A stretch of DNA of 64,000 nt, from the IMG/VR virus record IMGVR_UViG_3300028888_000053, positions 32,001 through 96,000 of that record. One strand, written 5' to 3'. Positions 1 to 13,696 of this stretch are shown here, piece after piece; within the stretch, counting starts at the first letter, position 1; the number at the start of each line of letters is the position of its first letter. This stretch comes from a virus. Its lineage: Duplodnaviria; Caudoviricetes. The position numbers and the translations under genes were made by a program. The notes under the pieces are model-generated. The model had not been told where the DNA came from. It worked only from the letters and a program-made list of their open reading frames with translations, and searched no databases.

Positions 1-3000
1 ATCTCCAATCTTATGGACTCGTTTTTTTTTCTCTTCAGGAGTTAATTCCTCAAACTCTTTTTCGTACTAATCCATTCTTCGCTTCCATGTACTAGTACCC
101 ATCCAGCTTTCTATATCGTCGTCTTGATAACCAATATTATATGCTCTATTTGTATCATTAGTTTCTGTTTGACTTCTATTTGCAAACATTTGTTTAAATA
201 ACCTATTATGGTCTAATGCAACTTCAGGTGTATTTGCAATATACTTTGTTGGATTATCTTGCTAACCATAATGCCAAAAACCTCTAATTTTAGCTGCGTT
301 TTGATTGTATCCGGCAACATATTCTTCAAGAGATTTGCCATTATACGCATCATTATAATACGTATTTAAATCTCGTCCAACTAAATCCTAATTGTTAGTA
401 TAAGCTGTATTAAAAGCTTCTGGACTAGCTAAGTTCCAAATACTTTGTATTTCTTCGTCGGTCTTTCCTCTATTATGTGCATTTAACAACTTATCATTAG
501 CATACTATTTTCTTTCATATTGATCAGGAAATCCTCTTAAGACTAGTTGTGGATATCGCATTGTATACCAAGTTTCTTTTGCAGGAGTTATTCTTTCTAA
601 TGTAGTACCTGGTTTCGCTTTAACAATTCCTCCATTTTTTTTGAGTGCTAAAAGACGTTCTAATTTACCACCTTGTCTTTCTGTAGGAGTAGCTCCTTCT
701 ATTGGTTCTGCAGGAGTTCCTGCAGCAGGAGTTTCAGTAGTAGCTGGTTTGGTTTTTGGCTTTGTTGTTTTTGGTTTTGATTGTCTTGTTATTTTAAGAT
801 TTTCTATAAAATTATTAAAATATGATTCTTGCTCAGAAATACGTTCCGGTGAGAAACCTAGACTTTTCTGTTTCGCGATCTCCAATTTAAATAGCTTATC
901 AATAGCATCTTTTTGAGATTGATTTGTAACTTTGTTGGTAATTGCATTTGATGGCTATGTTAAACTTTGCACTAATTCAAATTTTCCATCTGCTGTTTTA
1001 ACTACCCATTTATAATTTGGTGTTACTTTTCCATTTTCTAACTAGAATACTATAATATCTTTAGGAGATTCTACATTTGTTCCTTTATTAATATTTAAAA
1101 ATTCATTAGCATCAGGAGCATTCGGGTTTAATTTATGATATCTATTAACATTTTCTTGCTAAATATCTGTCATTCTGCCGCGCGCAGCCGCCGCTCTTGC
1201 TTGTTCGTATAAGCCTCCTGGTTTTAGATATTCTTTCATAAATGTTTTATCATCAATAAAATTATCCCATGATCTAGTAGTCGTTGTTTCAAATGGACTT
1301 TGTTCAAAATGCCATCTCTATGGACGTGTCCGTGTAAATGCCGTTCTTGGCATATATTGTTTTTGAACTTCTAATGTAGCAGGATCAAATCCCTCAACCT
1401 GACTTGGATGAGATTGAGCCCATTGTCTCAATGCTTCATTTTGAGATTCTATTGTAGAAGCAGACTAAATATTTTTGATTAAAGTATCATCGACCCCTTG
1501 AATTTGCCCAGATTTACCAGATCCATCTTTGACATTTAAGTTTGTTGTTTCTGTACTTTTAATATTATTGCGACGAATTCCTTCACCTTTCAATCCCAAG
1601 CCGATATTTGCAACAGCATGTAATCCACGCAATAACTATACCATTTCATCCTTAGTAAGATCTGGTAAAGAGCCTGCACGATTAATTAATAACTTTCCTG
1701 CAGACACAACCTCTGGAACTGAAGAAGCCATCATATAACGACCTAACCATTTTAACTATGGCGCGAATCTTGTAGCCGTATTGATAAGGTGTTTATCTTT
1801 GAATTTCTTACCAAGAATAGGAATACCAGCAATAAATGCGGTTCCTAAATTTAATCCAGCATATTTCAACGCTTCAGACTTTGAGACATATGGGTCCCAT
1901 AAGTCGTTTCCAAGTCCAGTTCCAGAACTAAGAGCACTTAAAGCCCATCCAGCGGCTGGATATTTATACATAGCAAGAGCTCCTGTTAAACCAAGCGCAG
2001 CTTCTGCCATTCTAGAATAATCATCATAAGTAAGTTTTTGCGCACCAGCTTCAAGAGCTTCATCCGACCTGATATTCTATTCTCTAATAAAATTAAAAGG
2101 TAAAAATGGACTTTTTTCAGTTTCACTCTACTTATATTGATATTTTTCTGGCTCTATAGGTAACGTGTTCCCTCGTAACTCTGCTATTCTCTATGCTGCA
2201 TCTTTATTGTTCCATGGTTTTTTAGGGGTTTGTTGTTTAGTCGTTATTTGACCGGATTTTTGAAATTTCTGTATATTTGTTAAAATGCCACCAATTTGAT
2301 TTTTAGGAACATACTTAAATTTATTTCTGTTATAAAAATCTTTTCGCATTTTTTCAAGAAGTTTTGTGTGCTATTCTGGATCTATACGTACTTTTGATAA
2401 AGTGCCTTTTGTAGTATTAAATTTAGTTATAATACCAGTTTTAGGATCAAAAGAAGCATTAATTAAATATTCATTCTCATTTAGTTTAGTAAATTCATCA
2501 TTCTGCTAATCATTAAATTGGTCAACCATTAAATATAAGAATTGTGAAAATTCTTTAGATAGATTTGGCCTTAAATTTAACAGTTGTGAATTTTGGAACA
2601 TCTTTTCAAAGTTCGTTAAATCTAGTATATCATGATATTTATTATTGAAATCATTCCATTTTTTCTAAAATTCCTCTGGAGTCCAGCCTTTAATTTCTTT
2701 ATAATCAGGATCCGATAACGTATAAACAGTTTTTTCATAGAAAGGAGTATTGAATATCCTATTCTACTCTTCATTCCACTTCTAAAGATTCTCCTAATTC
2801 TTAAGCTAATCTCTTGTTGATTGTAATGACTATTGCATTTGAGCCTTGTATACATCTATGGCGTCCATTTGTCCCATCCATTCTGGATGAGCTTCTAACC
2901 ACCTATCAAAGTATAAATCCTGAACATCTTTTGGATCCATATCCTATAACCTCTATGACTATTCACTTTCTCCACTAATATTAGTAACATCAAAAAGTTT

Positions 3001-3744
3001 TCTATTTCCAGCCATTCCTAGATTATTGAAAATACTCTTCAAAGTATTTTGTTCTGTTTCACCATATTCAGGGCCAATAGTATTAAGGTCCTGAATAGCT
3101 TTGTCTAGTTTTGCAATATACGATTCCTTATTTTTATGAATTCCCCAGTCGTAATCTGTTGTTGATTCATTTAAATAATCCCTGTATTTTGGTAAATATT
3201 CTTTAAGCCATGCTAGACGATTAGTATTACTACGAACTTTTCTGTTATTTGGATCTATATCATCCTACTATTGCCAATCTAATTTCATCTGACTGGTTAA
3301 TTTATCACCTCCAAAAATAGTCTAAGCAAAGTATTTTCCAAATTCAGAATCGGCATTAAACTTAGTTTTTGCTTTTTCTTCTTCCTTTTCAGTCGTAGTA
3401 GTATTACGTTTTATAGGAGTCATCTAATTATAAATCTACTTAGTAAAATTAATTGCATACCCAATAAAACGATCATCAGAAATACCATTGCCATACCAAC
3501 GAGTATCTTTATCTTGATGAAGACTACCATCAGCGACAGCCTATTTAACTGCAGTATAAGCAGCCATAGCATGTTCTCTATCTTTGCGACGAGTAAACTG
3601 ATTTAAGAATACTTCTTCATTATGTGGATTATCAAGATTTGCTAATAATCTTTCAGCGTCGTAATTACCATACTATGTTCTTACTTGTAATTCAGGTTCA
3701 TCGGCAGTACCGCCACTTGCTAATTTCTTTATATATTGTGCCAT
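1..3744 (-). CDS. Large virion cargo/ejection-type protein (>1,248 aa, runs off left edge; TAG read-through)
   Basis: ATG at 3744 (MAQYIKKLASGG...). ORF-track fragments 1756..2010 and 505..885 are in the same frame, separated only by TAG. Contains hydrophobic Gly/Ala helices (AALGLTGALAMY, LGTAFIAGIPILG) and lies downstream of the muzzle gene, where crAss-like phages encode ejected proteins. Confidence 0.65.
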
Positions 3745-3756
3745 ATGTCATATATT

Positions 3757-3789
3757 AAAAAAGGAGGTATAAAATAATTTACACCTCCT
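3757..3789 (-). terminator. Rho-independent terminator
   Basis: Minus strand AGGAGGTGT-AAATTATTTT-ATACCTCCT followed by a T run, after gene 3819..4136. Confidence 0.75.
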
Positions 3790-3818
3790 CCACCTTAAAA
3801 CATTATAAGTTAATCTAA

Positions 3819-4136
3819 TTATTTTCTAATACGATATGCGATTTTCCCACCTGCACGATAAACGGGTTCACCTTGAGGCTCTTCCTGAGGAGCTCTACCA
3901 CCCTGTTGTGCTTCCTGAATAAGCTGAATAAACATGTTGCATACCTCCATGGCACTCTGACAATCATTATTTTGAATTGCTTGCATAGCTAATTGTGCCA
4001 TAACCATCATTGGATCTTGCTCTTGAGGAGCTGCTTCTTGAGGCTGTCCAACTGGTACTTCTTCTTCCATGGGCTCTTCAGCGGGAATTTGTCCGCCTTC
4101 CTAAAGATAATTAATTTTACGTAATTTAAGTTTCAT
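3819..4136 (-). CDS. Small acidic Gln/Pro-rich virion-associated protein (105 aa)
   Basis: ORF-track 83-aa ORF extends through a TAG to ATG 4136 (MKLKLRKINYL*EGGQIP...). Promoter-like motif upstream and terminator downstream. Confidence 0.7.
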
Positions 4137-4197
4137 GTTTTTAATATATTTTTAACGTTAATAAATATGTTGAATTTTCTGTAATTATTAAGATACA

Positions 4198-4229
4198 CAA
4201 TTATAATATATTGAATGTATTAATTCAAA
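4198..4229 (-). promoter_or_regulatory. Recurrent promoter-like motif TTTGAAT-N17-TATAATTG
   Basis: Intergenic. The same bipartite motif recurs at five other intergenic sites upstream of minus-strand genes. Confidence 0.6.
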
Positions 4230-4251
4230 TTTCTTTCTTAAAACCTGAAAA

Positions 4252-5589
4252 TTAGCCATTATCCTTATTGTTATCAAGACTAACATACTCAGCATCACGA
4301 GAATCTTGAGCATCTAATTCCTTGAATACATACTTACCTAAAGACCTACAATAATTATCAAACTTCTCGTTTTTTCTATTCTTATAAGCCTTCTTTGCTT
4401 TACGGATAATAACTCGTGTAGATGTTCTACTAAATATTCTCTGGCCAGATTTTAATTCATATTGTGATTGTCCGTCACTACCAAGAACAGACATTACATA
4501 TTCATCATCATCTCCTGGTAAATCCAAATCATCACCAGGTTGAACATCTGCATCTTTATCTAATTCTACAACAAACATTACATTGTCTTCATGAACTAAT
4601 GTTTCGTTCATTGGTTCGATTCGTTTTACAGAGATACATTCTTCATCATCATCAAAGAATGCTATAGTTAAAGGAATTAATGTATCTTTACCCCAGTAGT
4701 CAACCGATTGAGGACGATCGTAATAGAAGATCATACCTTCATTAGGTTCTAATTCTTTAATTCCCTGTAATCCTTTTTCTTTTTCTTCTGGTGTTTTGGC
4801 TTCCCATAAATGATATTCCTTACCACCAATTTGAGCTGCAATTTGATTCTCTTTCAATTCGCTTGTAGGTACTTCTTCTGGCTCTTTAACTTCATCACCT
4901 TCAGCATCTTTTTTGATACCACCAGCTTCTACTGGTAAGTTCTTTGTAAAATAGAATTTACCTTTAAAGAATCTGCCATCACCTTTCATAGTATGGACTA
5001 CATTCTTTCCACTAATATCATTCTTATCCAAATCATTAGGTAAGATTACAATTTCACCAGAGATAGCTTCTCTAACTTTGCGTTCAGGATTAATTTTATT
5101 ACCAGCTTCATCAAATTCAATATCACCACCATTTTTAAACAACTGCATTCCGTGAAATGCTTTTTCAATATGATCATCGTCCATTAAAGCGAATAATTTC
5201 TTTAAAGATGATCCTTGTTTCTGTTTTTCTTCACGGATCTTTTTAATGTCATCTTTAGTGTATTTCTTATCAATAGAAATCATGCCAAGAATATCTTTCA
5301 TCATATCAACGAAACTATCCTCCTCATAAGCCTTTTCTGGACCACCTAAAGATATAATAACTTCAGTTTCACCACCAAATAAATCAGCCAACTTTTCTGG
5401 TTTATAATCCCTTAAGATATGCTTAGGATGACCAAGAGATTCCATAATAGCACATAACAGACATTCGAGATCATCTTGTTCGACTTCTTGTTTATCATCG
5501 ATTTCTGTTTCACGTCTTGTCGTAGGCTCTAATCTCTCTTCTACCTCTTCGTTATATTCACTAATCAAGTCTTTAAATGTCTTACTCAT
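4252..5589 (-). CDS. DUF192-domain protein (445 aa)
   Basis: C-terminal half shows the DUF192 pattern (EAKTPEEKEKGLQG...EGMIFYY...YWGKDTLIPLTIAFFD...FVVEL). Start overlaps the ADH stop. Confidence 0.75.
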   Translation of the reverse strand: MSKTFKDLISEYNEEVEERLEPTTRRETEIDDKQEVEQDDLECLLCAIMESLGHPKHILRDYKPEKLADLFGGETEVIISLGGPEKAYEEDSFVDMMKDILGMISIDKKYTKDDIKKIREEKQKQGSSLKKLFALMDDDHIEKAFHGMQLFKNGGDIEFDEAGNKINPERKVREAISGEIVILPNDLDKNDISGKNVVHTMKGDGRFFKGKFYFTKNLPVEAGGIKKDAEGDEVKEPEEVPTSELKENQIAAQIGGKEYHLWEAKTPEEKEKGLQGIKELEPNEGMIFYYDRPQSVDYWGKDTLIPLTIAFFDDDEECISVKRIEPMNETLVHEDNVMFVVELDKDADVQPGDDLDLPGDDDEYVMSVLGSDGQSQYELKSGQRIFSRTSTRVIIRKAKKAYKNRKNEKFDNYCRSLGKYVFKELDAQDSRDAEYVSLDNNKDNG

Positions 5590-6679
5590 CGTCTTTAGAT
5601 TTTAATTTAGTCATATCTATAACAAATCTTCCATCAATATCTCCATTTAACATACGTTCATATGCTTTATTAATGGCCTCTGGAGTTGGTTCTAACTCTT
5701 CAACTTCTGGGTATATATCGTTTCTAATGCTAAATTTAGCACATAGCTCAGTTTCAGGAATACCACCAATCTGAGATCCCCAGATCTTAACTCCAGGATA
5801 ATTCAATATCATATCTTTAATATTAACATTTATGTCTTTACACTCTTCATATGGAGGTAGTCCAACAATAGCAAAATCACCATTATATTTCATTAATGGC
5901 AAATAAGTGTTCAAATCATATTGATATGGAATTGTCGAAATAATAAAGTCAAAAGATTTAGTCAAGTCTTCATCAGTATGAAATTTATCATCAACCTGTA
6001 CAAATTTAATACCTAATTCTTTTGCAAAATCAGCTTTATCTTCTTTATCAAAAGCAGTAATATCACAGCCTAATGCTTTTAGATATTTAACTGCCATATG
6101 ACCAAGACCTCCTAATCCTAAGACTCCACAAACACTATCTTCTGAAACATTAGCTTGATGAATGGGAGAGAATGTTGTAATGCCAGCACACATTAAAGAA
6201 GGACATTTCTTTAAGTCAGCGTTTTCTGGAATTTTAATTCCAAAATTCTCATTTAATACATATAAATTAGAATAACCTCCTTGTGTGATTTCATTATCAT
6301 GTCTCCAGTCTTTTGATGCGTATGTTAAAACTACATGTTTGCAATCTTGTTCTCTTTTATTTCTACATGCTGGACAATTCATGCAGCTATCAACCATACA
6401 GCCGACTCCACAGTAATCTCCAACTTTAAATCTTGTAACCTAAGAGCCAACTTCTTTTACTCTGCCTAAAATTTCATGACCAGGAATCAAAGGGAAATTT
6501 TCAACATTACCCCAGTGATTTTTAACAGTATGTAAATCACTGTGACAAATTCCAGCATAAAGTATTTCAATTAAGATATCGTATTCATCAAGAGGTCTTC
6601 GGGTAAAATGTATTTCTTTAAATTTATCAGCTGATTTTTCTATACCAAATCCAACTGCCTTTATTCGTTCTTTATTCAT
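5582..6679 (-). CDS. Zn-dependent NAD(P)-dependent alcohol dehydrogenase, cinnamyl-ADH/YahK-like (365 aa, one in-frame TAG)
   Basis: Fragments 6440..6679 and 5582..6397 are in frame across TAG 6440-6442. Motifs: GICHSD, PGHEILG, structural-Zn CxxCxxC...C, CAGIT, Rossmann GLGGLG, GRFVID. Confidence 0.92.
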
Positions 6680-6864
6680 AATTATTTATAATTCATTATA
6701 TAATTTACGCAATTCTATATCGCTTCCTTATAATTATCTGGGTATTCATCAATTTCGTGTTTATCATAATTCATTTAAACAAAAATATTTTAACAATAAA
6801 GGAATAGCTTTATAATGTTTATTTTTGAAAATTTCAGTAATTAGTGATTGACATAATATATTAT

Positions 6865-8094
6865 TCACACTTTTATTTCTTTTAACAATCCAGTTCTGTC
6901 ATCAGTATTCTCTATAATATCAATTGCTAATAATTCACCAGCTTTTCTAGCAATTTCGTCTTTATCCTTCTGTGTTTCTGCTTCATGATACTATTTACGC
7001 AACTCTTCGATTTCATCTGTTAATTCTTTATTTAAGATGATTTCATTAAGCTCAATTTCTGCTTGCTATTCACCTGATTCAGAAGATACAACAGGTATTC
7101 CTTTATGAGTAATCTCTCCCTTTAATTCTGGATTAACCTCTTCGAGATTGTGTTTTCTTGCATGTAATGCTCCTTCTGGAATAAGGTTCATCTAACCTCC
7201 ATTCTAGAATTTATCCACATCTCCTACTAACTAAATGTCAAGTCCAGAAAAATCGGGTTCTGCTTGATGCTAAGATCTATAAGCAACTCTATGTGCAATC
7301 TAAAAAGCTTTAAGATTACTTAAAATACCACCTTTTTTTGCCGCGTGAATTGCTCCTTGATCGTAACCACCATTCATTAAGTTCATGTATTCTTGATTAT
7401 TCATATCTTGTTGCTATGCTAATGATTGTAATCGCATTTGATTATAATCCATAATTGTATTTAATTCGTTTTGTGTTCTACCAGCATCTGAAATTAATTC
7501 ATTGGCTCTTCTTCTTTGTTTAGAAGACCAAGCACCATATTTGCCAATCCTACCCATGGCACTATTAAAATCCCCTTCAGATCCATTATAAGAATTTCCA
7601 GCTAATGCCCAAGTTCTATAATCTCTATCAATAGAAATAGTCTTTTTACCTCCAAATCCATTGATAAGACCTATATTCCAGTTAAAGAAATTAGAACCTA
7701 AGATAGCATCTTTTCTGGTTTTTCCATCAGTTCCACCACCTAATCTACCAAGCCCTTTTCCGAGTAATTCCATACCCTTCATTGCTCCTCCTGCTATCTA
7801 TCCCCAACCTGGAATATTCATAAGTGTATCACTGACTTTATCATAAGCAGCATCCATACCAGCGGTGATGTTTCCATATTCACCATCGTATTCATTCTTT
7901 GGTTTTATAAAAGCGCCAGCAAAATCAGCTGCTTGACCTACTGCTGAAGCCCAACCTCCGGCCGCCTAAGTTTTGGGACCAGAGGTAGACAACGCAGAGA
8001 AAAAGCTACCAGCATTGGAGGCAAAAGGCATGCCTCCTCCGCCAGTTCCATATGTGGGGCCACTAATGACACCACTACCAATATTTCCATTCAT
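6865..8094 (-). CDS. Gly-rich cargo-type virion protein (409 aa)
   Basis: ATG 8094 to TGA 6865 with TAG read-through, containing fragment 7414..7782. Gly/Ala-rich hydrophobic N-half, C-terminal EGALHARKH...GIPVV...AEIE motif. Directly follows the muzzle gene. Confidence 0.7.
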
Positions 8095-8095
8095 A

Positions 8096-11000
8096 TTATG
8101 AATAACTATTAGTATATAAAGTTAATATTCCAGAAATAACAGCTAAGTCCTCACCAGAATATCTAACCTTAATTCGTAAATATTTATCTTTTATTCTCAT
8201 CTCATGTCTTCCAGCATCCCATTTATCAAATGTAATGTCATTACCAGTATAATTTAACTACAATCTAGTATTCAATGGATCAATATTTAGTTCTTCTGGG
8301 AAGTCCTTAATATCTTCTGGTACTGGATTATTACCTAAAGCAAGTTTTAACTTCGGGTTATTATCATCTAAATGTGAGTTAAGATATTCATTCTTCTACA
8401 CATAATTAATAGAAGGAATCTATACATACCAAATATCTTCTTTATAATGCATATTACCTCTTAATCTACCATTCTTTGTAATATCAACACCCTAGACATG
8501 ATTGCAAATCTTAAATTCATTTAATAACTGATCATATATAATTTCACCGCCTGATAAATTCTGATATTCATAACCATTAGCGGTTAGAGCCTAATATGAA
8601 TCATATATCTTATTGTAATTCCCCTTTCTACTATAATAAAGTGGGAACATTGTTGATTTAAATACCTCTACAGGTACTACATCTTTAAAGTTCTTATTGT
8701 ATTTTATATTAGAACCCATACATATTTGATAGAATGCCTTTGTTAACTCCTATCTATAATACATATTAGGTTTATCACTAATTTGTTCTTTGAATGATCC
8801 TGGTGGCATTTTAATGTGATCAAGATCATAGCACTATCCAATTACTTCATAATGGAATGATTCTGGAGCTGCTTTATTAGAAATAATCCTCAAATCATTA
8901 AATATCTTGTGATTTATAGGATTATTATTTACTACAAACTCAAATTCAAATGGATGTTGTTCTCCATACCATTTAGTTGGTAATATTCTTTCCATATCTG
9001 GTACAAAGTCAGACTAACCATGTTTCCATAAATAAGTAAACCTTGTATCATCTACATCATCGATAATCTTCTTATCCGTTTCATGATTAAACGTGATAAA
9101 ATTATTACCAATATTACCAGAGAATGAAGGAATCCATGAATAGAAAGTCTACCATCCATTACCAGAATGAGCCGAGTTTAAATTATAACAAATATTCCAC
9201 ATTACATCTTCATTATAATCCCTGCCTACAACATCTACATTGTTGTAATCGTAAGCAGTGAACATTACATCATTTTTAAATGCATTGTAATGTGATTTAA
9301 TATTTGTTTTATTTAACTCTAATTCTTTATTCCACATTGATAATCCTTTATTCAAGAAGGACTATATTCTAAAGTCAGATATCAATTGGAATCCATGTGT
9401 AGTACCATTTGTATACCAAATTTTCTTTGCTACGGCATCTACTCCAAATACTCCATAAGGAGTTTGAATAATACTTTCAGGCCAAGTAGAACCATAAGTA
9501 TCAGAAATGATTACAGAATTTTCTGGTAACACATTTGGACTATTAATGAAGACTAATCCATTATTACCATTACCAGCCTATACTCTTTCTTTTACTGCTA
9601 ATGCTAAAATACCATGTTCGCAAACAACTAATAAGTCTCCACTTAATGTAAGTATTTTAACAATAGCTCCATATTGATCTGTATAATCTCTAAAATGAGT
9701 TGCAAGGAATGTTCTGTTGCCATTTTCAAAAGATCCATTAACCATTATATTAGAATAGGTAATTCTATTCTTATAATATGAATTATCAAAAATGGTATTA
9801 TTCTAATTCCAATACTATCTATCACTTCCAGATTTACTAAATGCAGAATTATAATTATCGGATTCTGGCATTTTGTATGAACCAGATGCGTCAACAGAGT
9901 GCAATGGATAGAACGATCTACTATTTCCACTCTAATGTTTCTCGTCAGTCCAAGATTCATCTGTACTTCTAATAGAAATATTCATTGATGAACGCACTGG
10001 GAAAGTAACCCAACTACCCATCTAAACAGCATTCAAGTCGCCAACATTGATTTTTAAAGCTGCTTTTGCGCCTGCTGGATCTGAAGAACCACTAGAATCA
10101 TTACCAGTAGAAGCTTCTATTCTTCGATATTCAACATCAAATATATCTTTACTAAATAATGATTCTACACTAGATGGGGATAATATCTCATCATTATAAG
10201 GCGCTGTTGCGTCGTTGAAATTTCTATTTACTCTATGGGTGAACCAGCCTATAAAGCAATCTCCTCTATATAATGAATCTGTTTCTACTAGATTAGTAGA
10301 CATTTCCATTCTATCACTAATAGCATAGTATTCAGATTTGTCATGATATCTTAATTCTCTATACTATTCAAACTAATCCGTAGAATAATTAGGAATATAT
10401 ATATTTACTATTCTATTAGCAAAATCTTTTACTGCGCGTTTCTTTGTATCACCTTCTGTATTATATACATATTCCTCAATTGGATAACAACCTAAATAAG
10501 GACCATATTTTCCACGTAATACATTAAATGGTACGTGCTAATTTAACATATAAATTCTATCATCCCGATTAATGGTAGTTTGATATGTGTTAGGCTTACT
10601 TATATCAATTTTGGCCGATTTTTCATCAGGAAAAACATATCCTAAGAATTTAGCTCCAGCAAATCTAAATGTAAAATCTTTATCACTACCACATTTCGTA
10701 GAGAAGTAAGCCGCTTCATTATGACGAAGATAAGATTTGCCAACTTCAACTGGATTGTTCATTCCTAAATTGATAGAACAAATAGTAATATCCTCTTCAA
10801 CTCCTAAAATCTTTGTAGTATATGTCTTGTTTTGAGTTTTTTCTAATTCTTGATTTTCGTATGTATATCTTCTAGAATTTTCACTTGTATTCAAGAAGGC
10901 TTCAGTTGTAGCGAATTTCGCAACTAAGTTACCACCAGTGAAAAAGTTGTTGTAATGTGCTTTGTATAAATCATATTCTGGACAAAATGCAGCATAAGAA

Positions 11001-13696
11001 TTAAATTCCATTGGATGAAAATACAAAGAATATTCATCGCTATCTTCATATGATTTTGGATATTCATATTTACCATCATACGTAGAAATGTCTTCTTTAT
11101 TATCATATACAGTTTCTTCAATAATTCCAGTATCATTTGGATCAACAACTATTTCTCGAATATAAGTAAAATGAAAATCTTTATAACTAGATGGAGTATA
11201 TTCTTTGTTAATACACTTATTAATAAACTATGTCAAAATATTTATTACATTTGACTGATTTTGTGCATTCTATCCATAACCTTCAGCATCAACTCGGTAT
11301 GTAATACCATTAAATTTAACATAACGGCACACTGGAGTATAATCTTTTAATGTTTTATTAACATTATCAAATCCTTTATCATACCAGTACTTTTGATATA
11401 ATCCTTCTCTTACATTTGTAACTCTAGTAGGTTCTTTACCTCCACTAGCAAAATCAATTGGGACATAGCCCTATGCTGTAAACTTCTAATTTTCAGTTGG
11501 AGAACATTCTTTTGCAACATAATTACTTCCAATACTATCTAGTTCAGCAGCTTCTTCACTACTTATTTTAGTGGCGAATAAAGCATAACACCAAAAATGA
11601 CGATCGTTATCGTAATTTAATGTATTTACATTATTAGCAAAAATACCAATAAAATCACTATCCTCCTTTTGCCATACTCGATAACCGGAGTACCAAAATT
11701 CTTTGTTATTACGTATAGACTGTCCATATTCTTTAACAAAGGCATTATAAGATACATTACCTAATACTTTTTTGTCTCTATAAATACGAGTGTGATCAGT
11801 TAAAGAGAATAATCTACGACTGTAAGCATTAAATAGCCTAGGTTTGTTTTCGTGCGAAATATTTTTAGGATAAAAAGCAGAATCAATGTCATTTGGTAAT
11901 TCATAAAAACTACCACCCATAAAAGATTCATACAAGTATCTTGCTTCACCATTAATGTCAGACTATAAATTAATGCTAGGAACATAAGCATCTTCACATA
12001 CATTAGTAGTATAAGCCTATGCTAAAAGAGTTGGAATTCTCTTCTGTCTTACAAAGAAGTAACCTTTATAGTTTTCTTGAATATAAGTATTCTACAAAGC
12101 TTCGATATTGAACTTAATACCAACAACAGTCATCTAATCCCAATCAGTTCCTTGATTAATTCTTGAAACACCAAATATATTGCAATGCTGATCTGATAAA
12201 GAAGATTCGTTATTATAATCAATTTGAGATTGAGAAACAAGTTTTATTGCTTTTAAAGTATCTTGGCTAGTTTTTTCTGTCAATTCATTAACACCTAATA
12301 CATCAAAGACACTCGTTAATGAATTATCTTGTCTTATATAAACAATACCAAATCTATAGAACTCTCCAATATGATAACCAGTAGATTCGTAACAGAACTT
12401 AGAATTATAATACGAATTCTATTCTTCACCTTCATCGTATTCATAGCTAGAACTTAAATTAACTCTTTTACTGGCATCCAACATTGGATACACCTAAAGA
12501 CTAATAGTTCTCAATTCATCATACTCATTATCATTTTTGTAATTCTCAGCTATATTACCCTAAAACAACATGTTCTATGTTAAACACTATGTTTTAACTG
12601 TATCTGCATTGAAATATCTTATATTAAGATCAGTAATTGCCATTGCTACTTCATCCTCAAAACCTGTAAAGATAATGTGAATAATACTATTTCCACCATC
12701 TTTTGTTACAGGGAATAATGTCTATACTTTATAAGCTAAAGTACTTGCATTCTAATTATTAGCAGCAGCAGTTCTAGTGTAACATAACTTTACGTAATGA
12801 TATGCACTATCTATATTTGTAATCGTTAAGTCTATTGATTTGTCTGATACTTGATTTTCAGATCCTCCATTTACACTAAAAGGATCTCCATCTGTTCCTA
12901 AAAATACAGGAATTACACCAGATTCACATATAATATCAGATTCATTGCCATCTTTGTCACACGCGATGACATATATTGTATATGTTCCTACTTTTAACTA
13001 ACCACCAGTTTGTAATCCATTAAACTGTATTTTAGGAATCTTATGAGAATCTCTATACAACGAAGTTTGCAAATTGAATAAAGTTTTATCATCTAATCGA
13101 TATCTATTAGTATGAACTGAATCATCACCAATTCTATCAATTATATAATATTCTCCATTTTCTCTTGCCTAGAAACCAGTGTTAATTAATTTAGGATTAT
13201 TTTTATTATCAGTAAAGATTAGATTTACCGAACCATCATAAGAATCCTCTGCTAACACTTCTACTGGATGATTTAAATCAAAATTAAAATATTCAGATCT
13301 TAAATCATACAATGAACCATTTTCAGTAATTCCAATCTTTAATGGGCTATATTTATAAATTAGTTTTCCTTTTTTGGCATCCCAATCAGGACTAGGGAAA
13401 CACCCAACTTCTCCTAATCCTCTTTCTTTACTATATGATATAATATACATGATATTACCGAATACTTTCAATCCGATTGGAACAAAAGTTTCGGTTAAGC
13501 ATGCATATGATGTTTCACCATTGTCTAAGTGATATGGAATTCTAACATTTCCCATATCATTCTATAGAATCTACTCATTACCGTTAAAGGTACTAATTGT
13601 AGCATTCAAAGCATTCGATAAGACATTTTTAGGTGTTGTGGCTATATTGCTGTCAAGAATTAATCCACCTTCAAACGTGTTTTGCGTAGTTTCCAT
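8096..13696 (-). CDS. Tail muzzle/stabilisation protein (~1,866 aa)
   Basis: Five ORF-track fragments (9149, 10022, 10538, 11486, 13169) share one frame. N-terminus METTQNTFEGGLILD...NALNAT...NDMGN and C-terminus RIKDKYLRIKVRYSG resemble crAss-like tail stabilisation proteins. Confidence 0.8.

Noticed and set aside
6680-6864. Two possible ~30-aa ORFs between the ADH and cargo genes
   Set aside because: Too short and AT-rich to support without homology or expression data.
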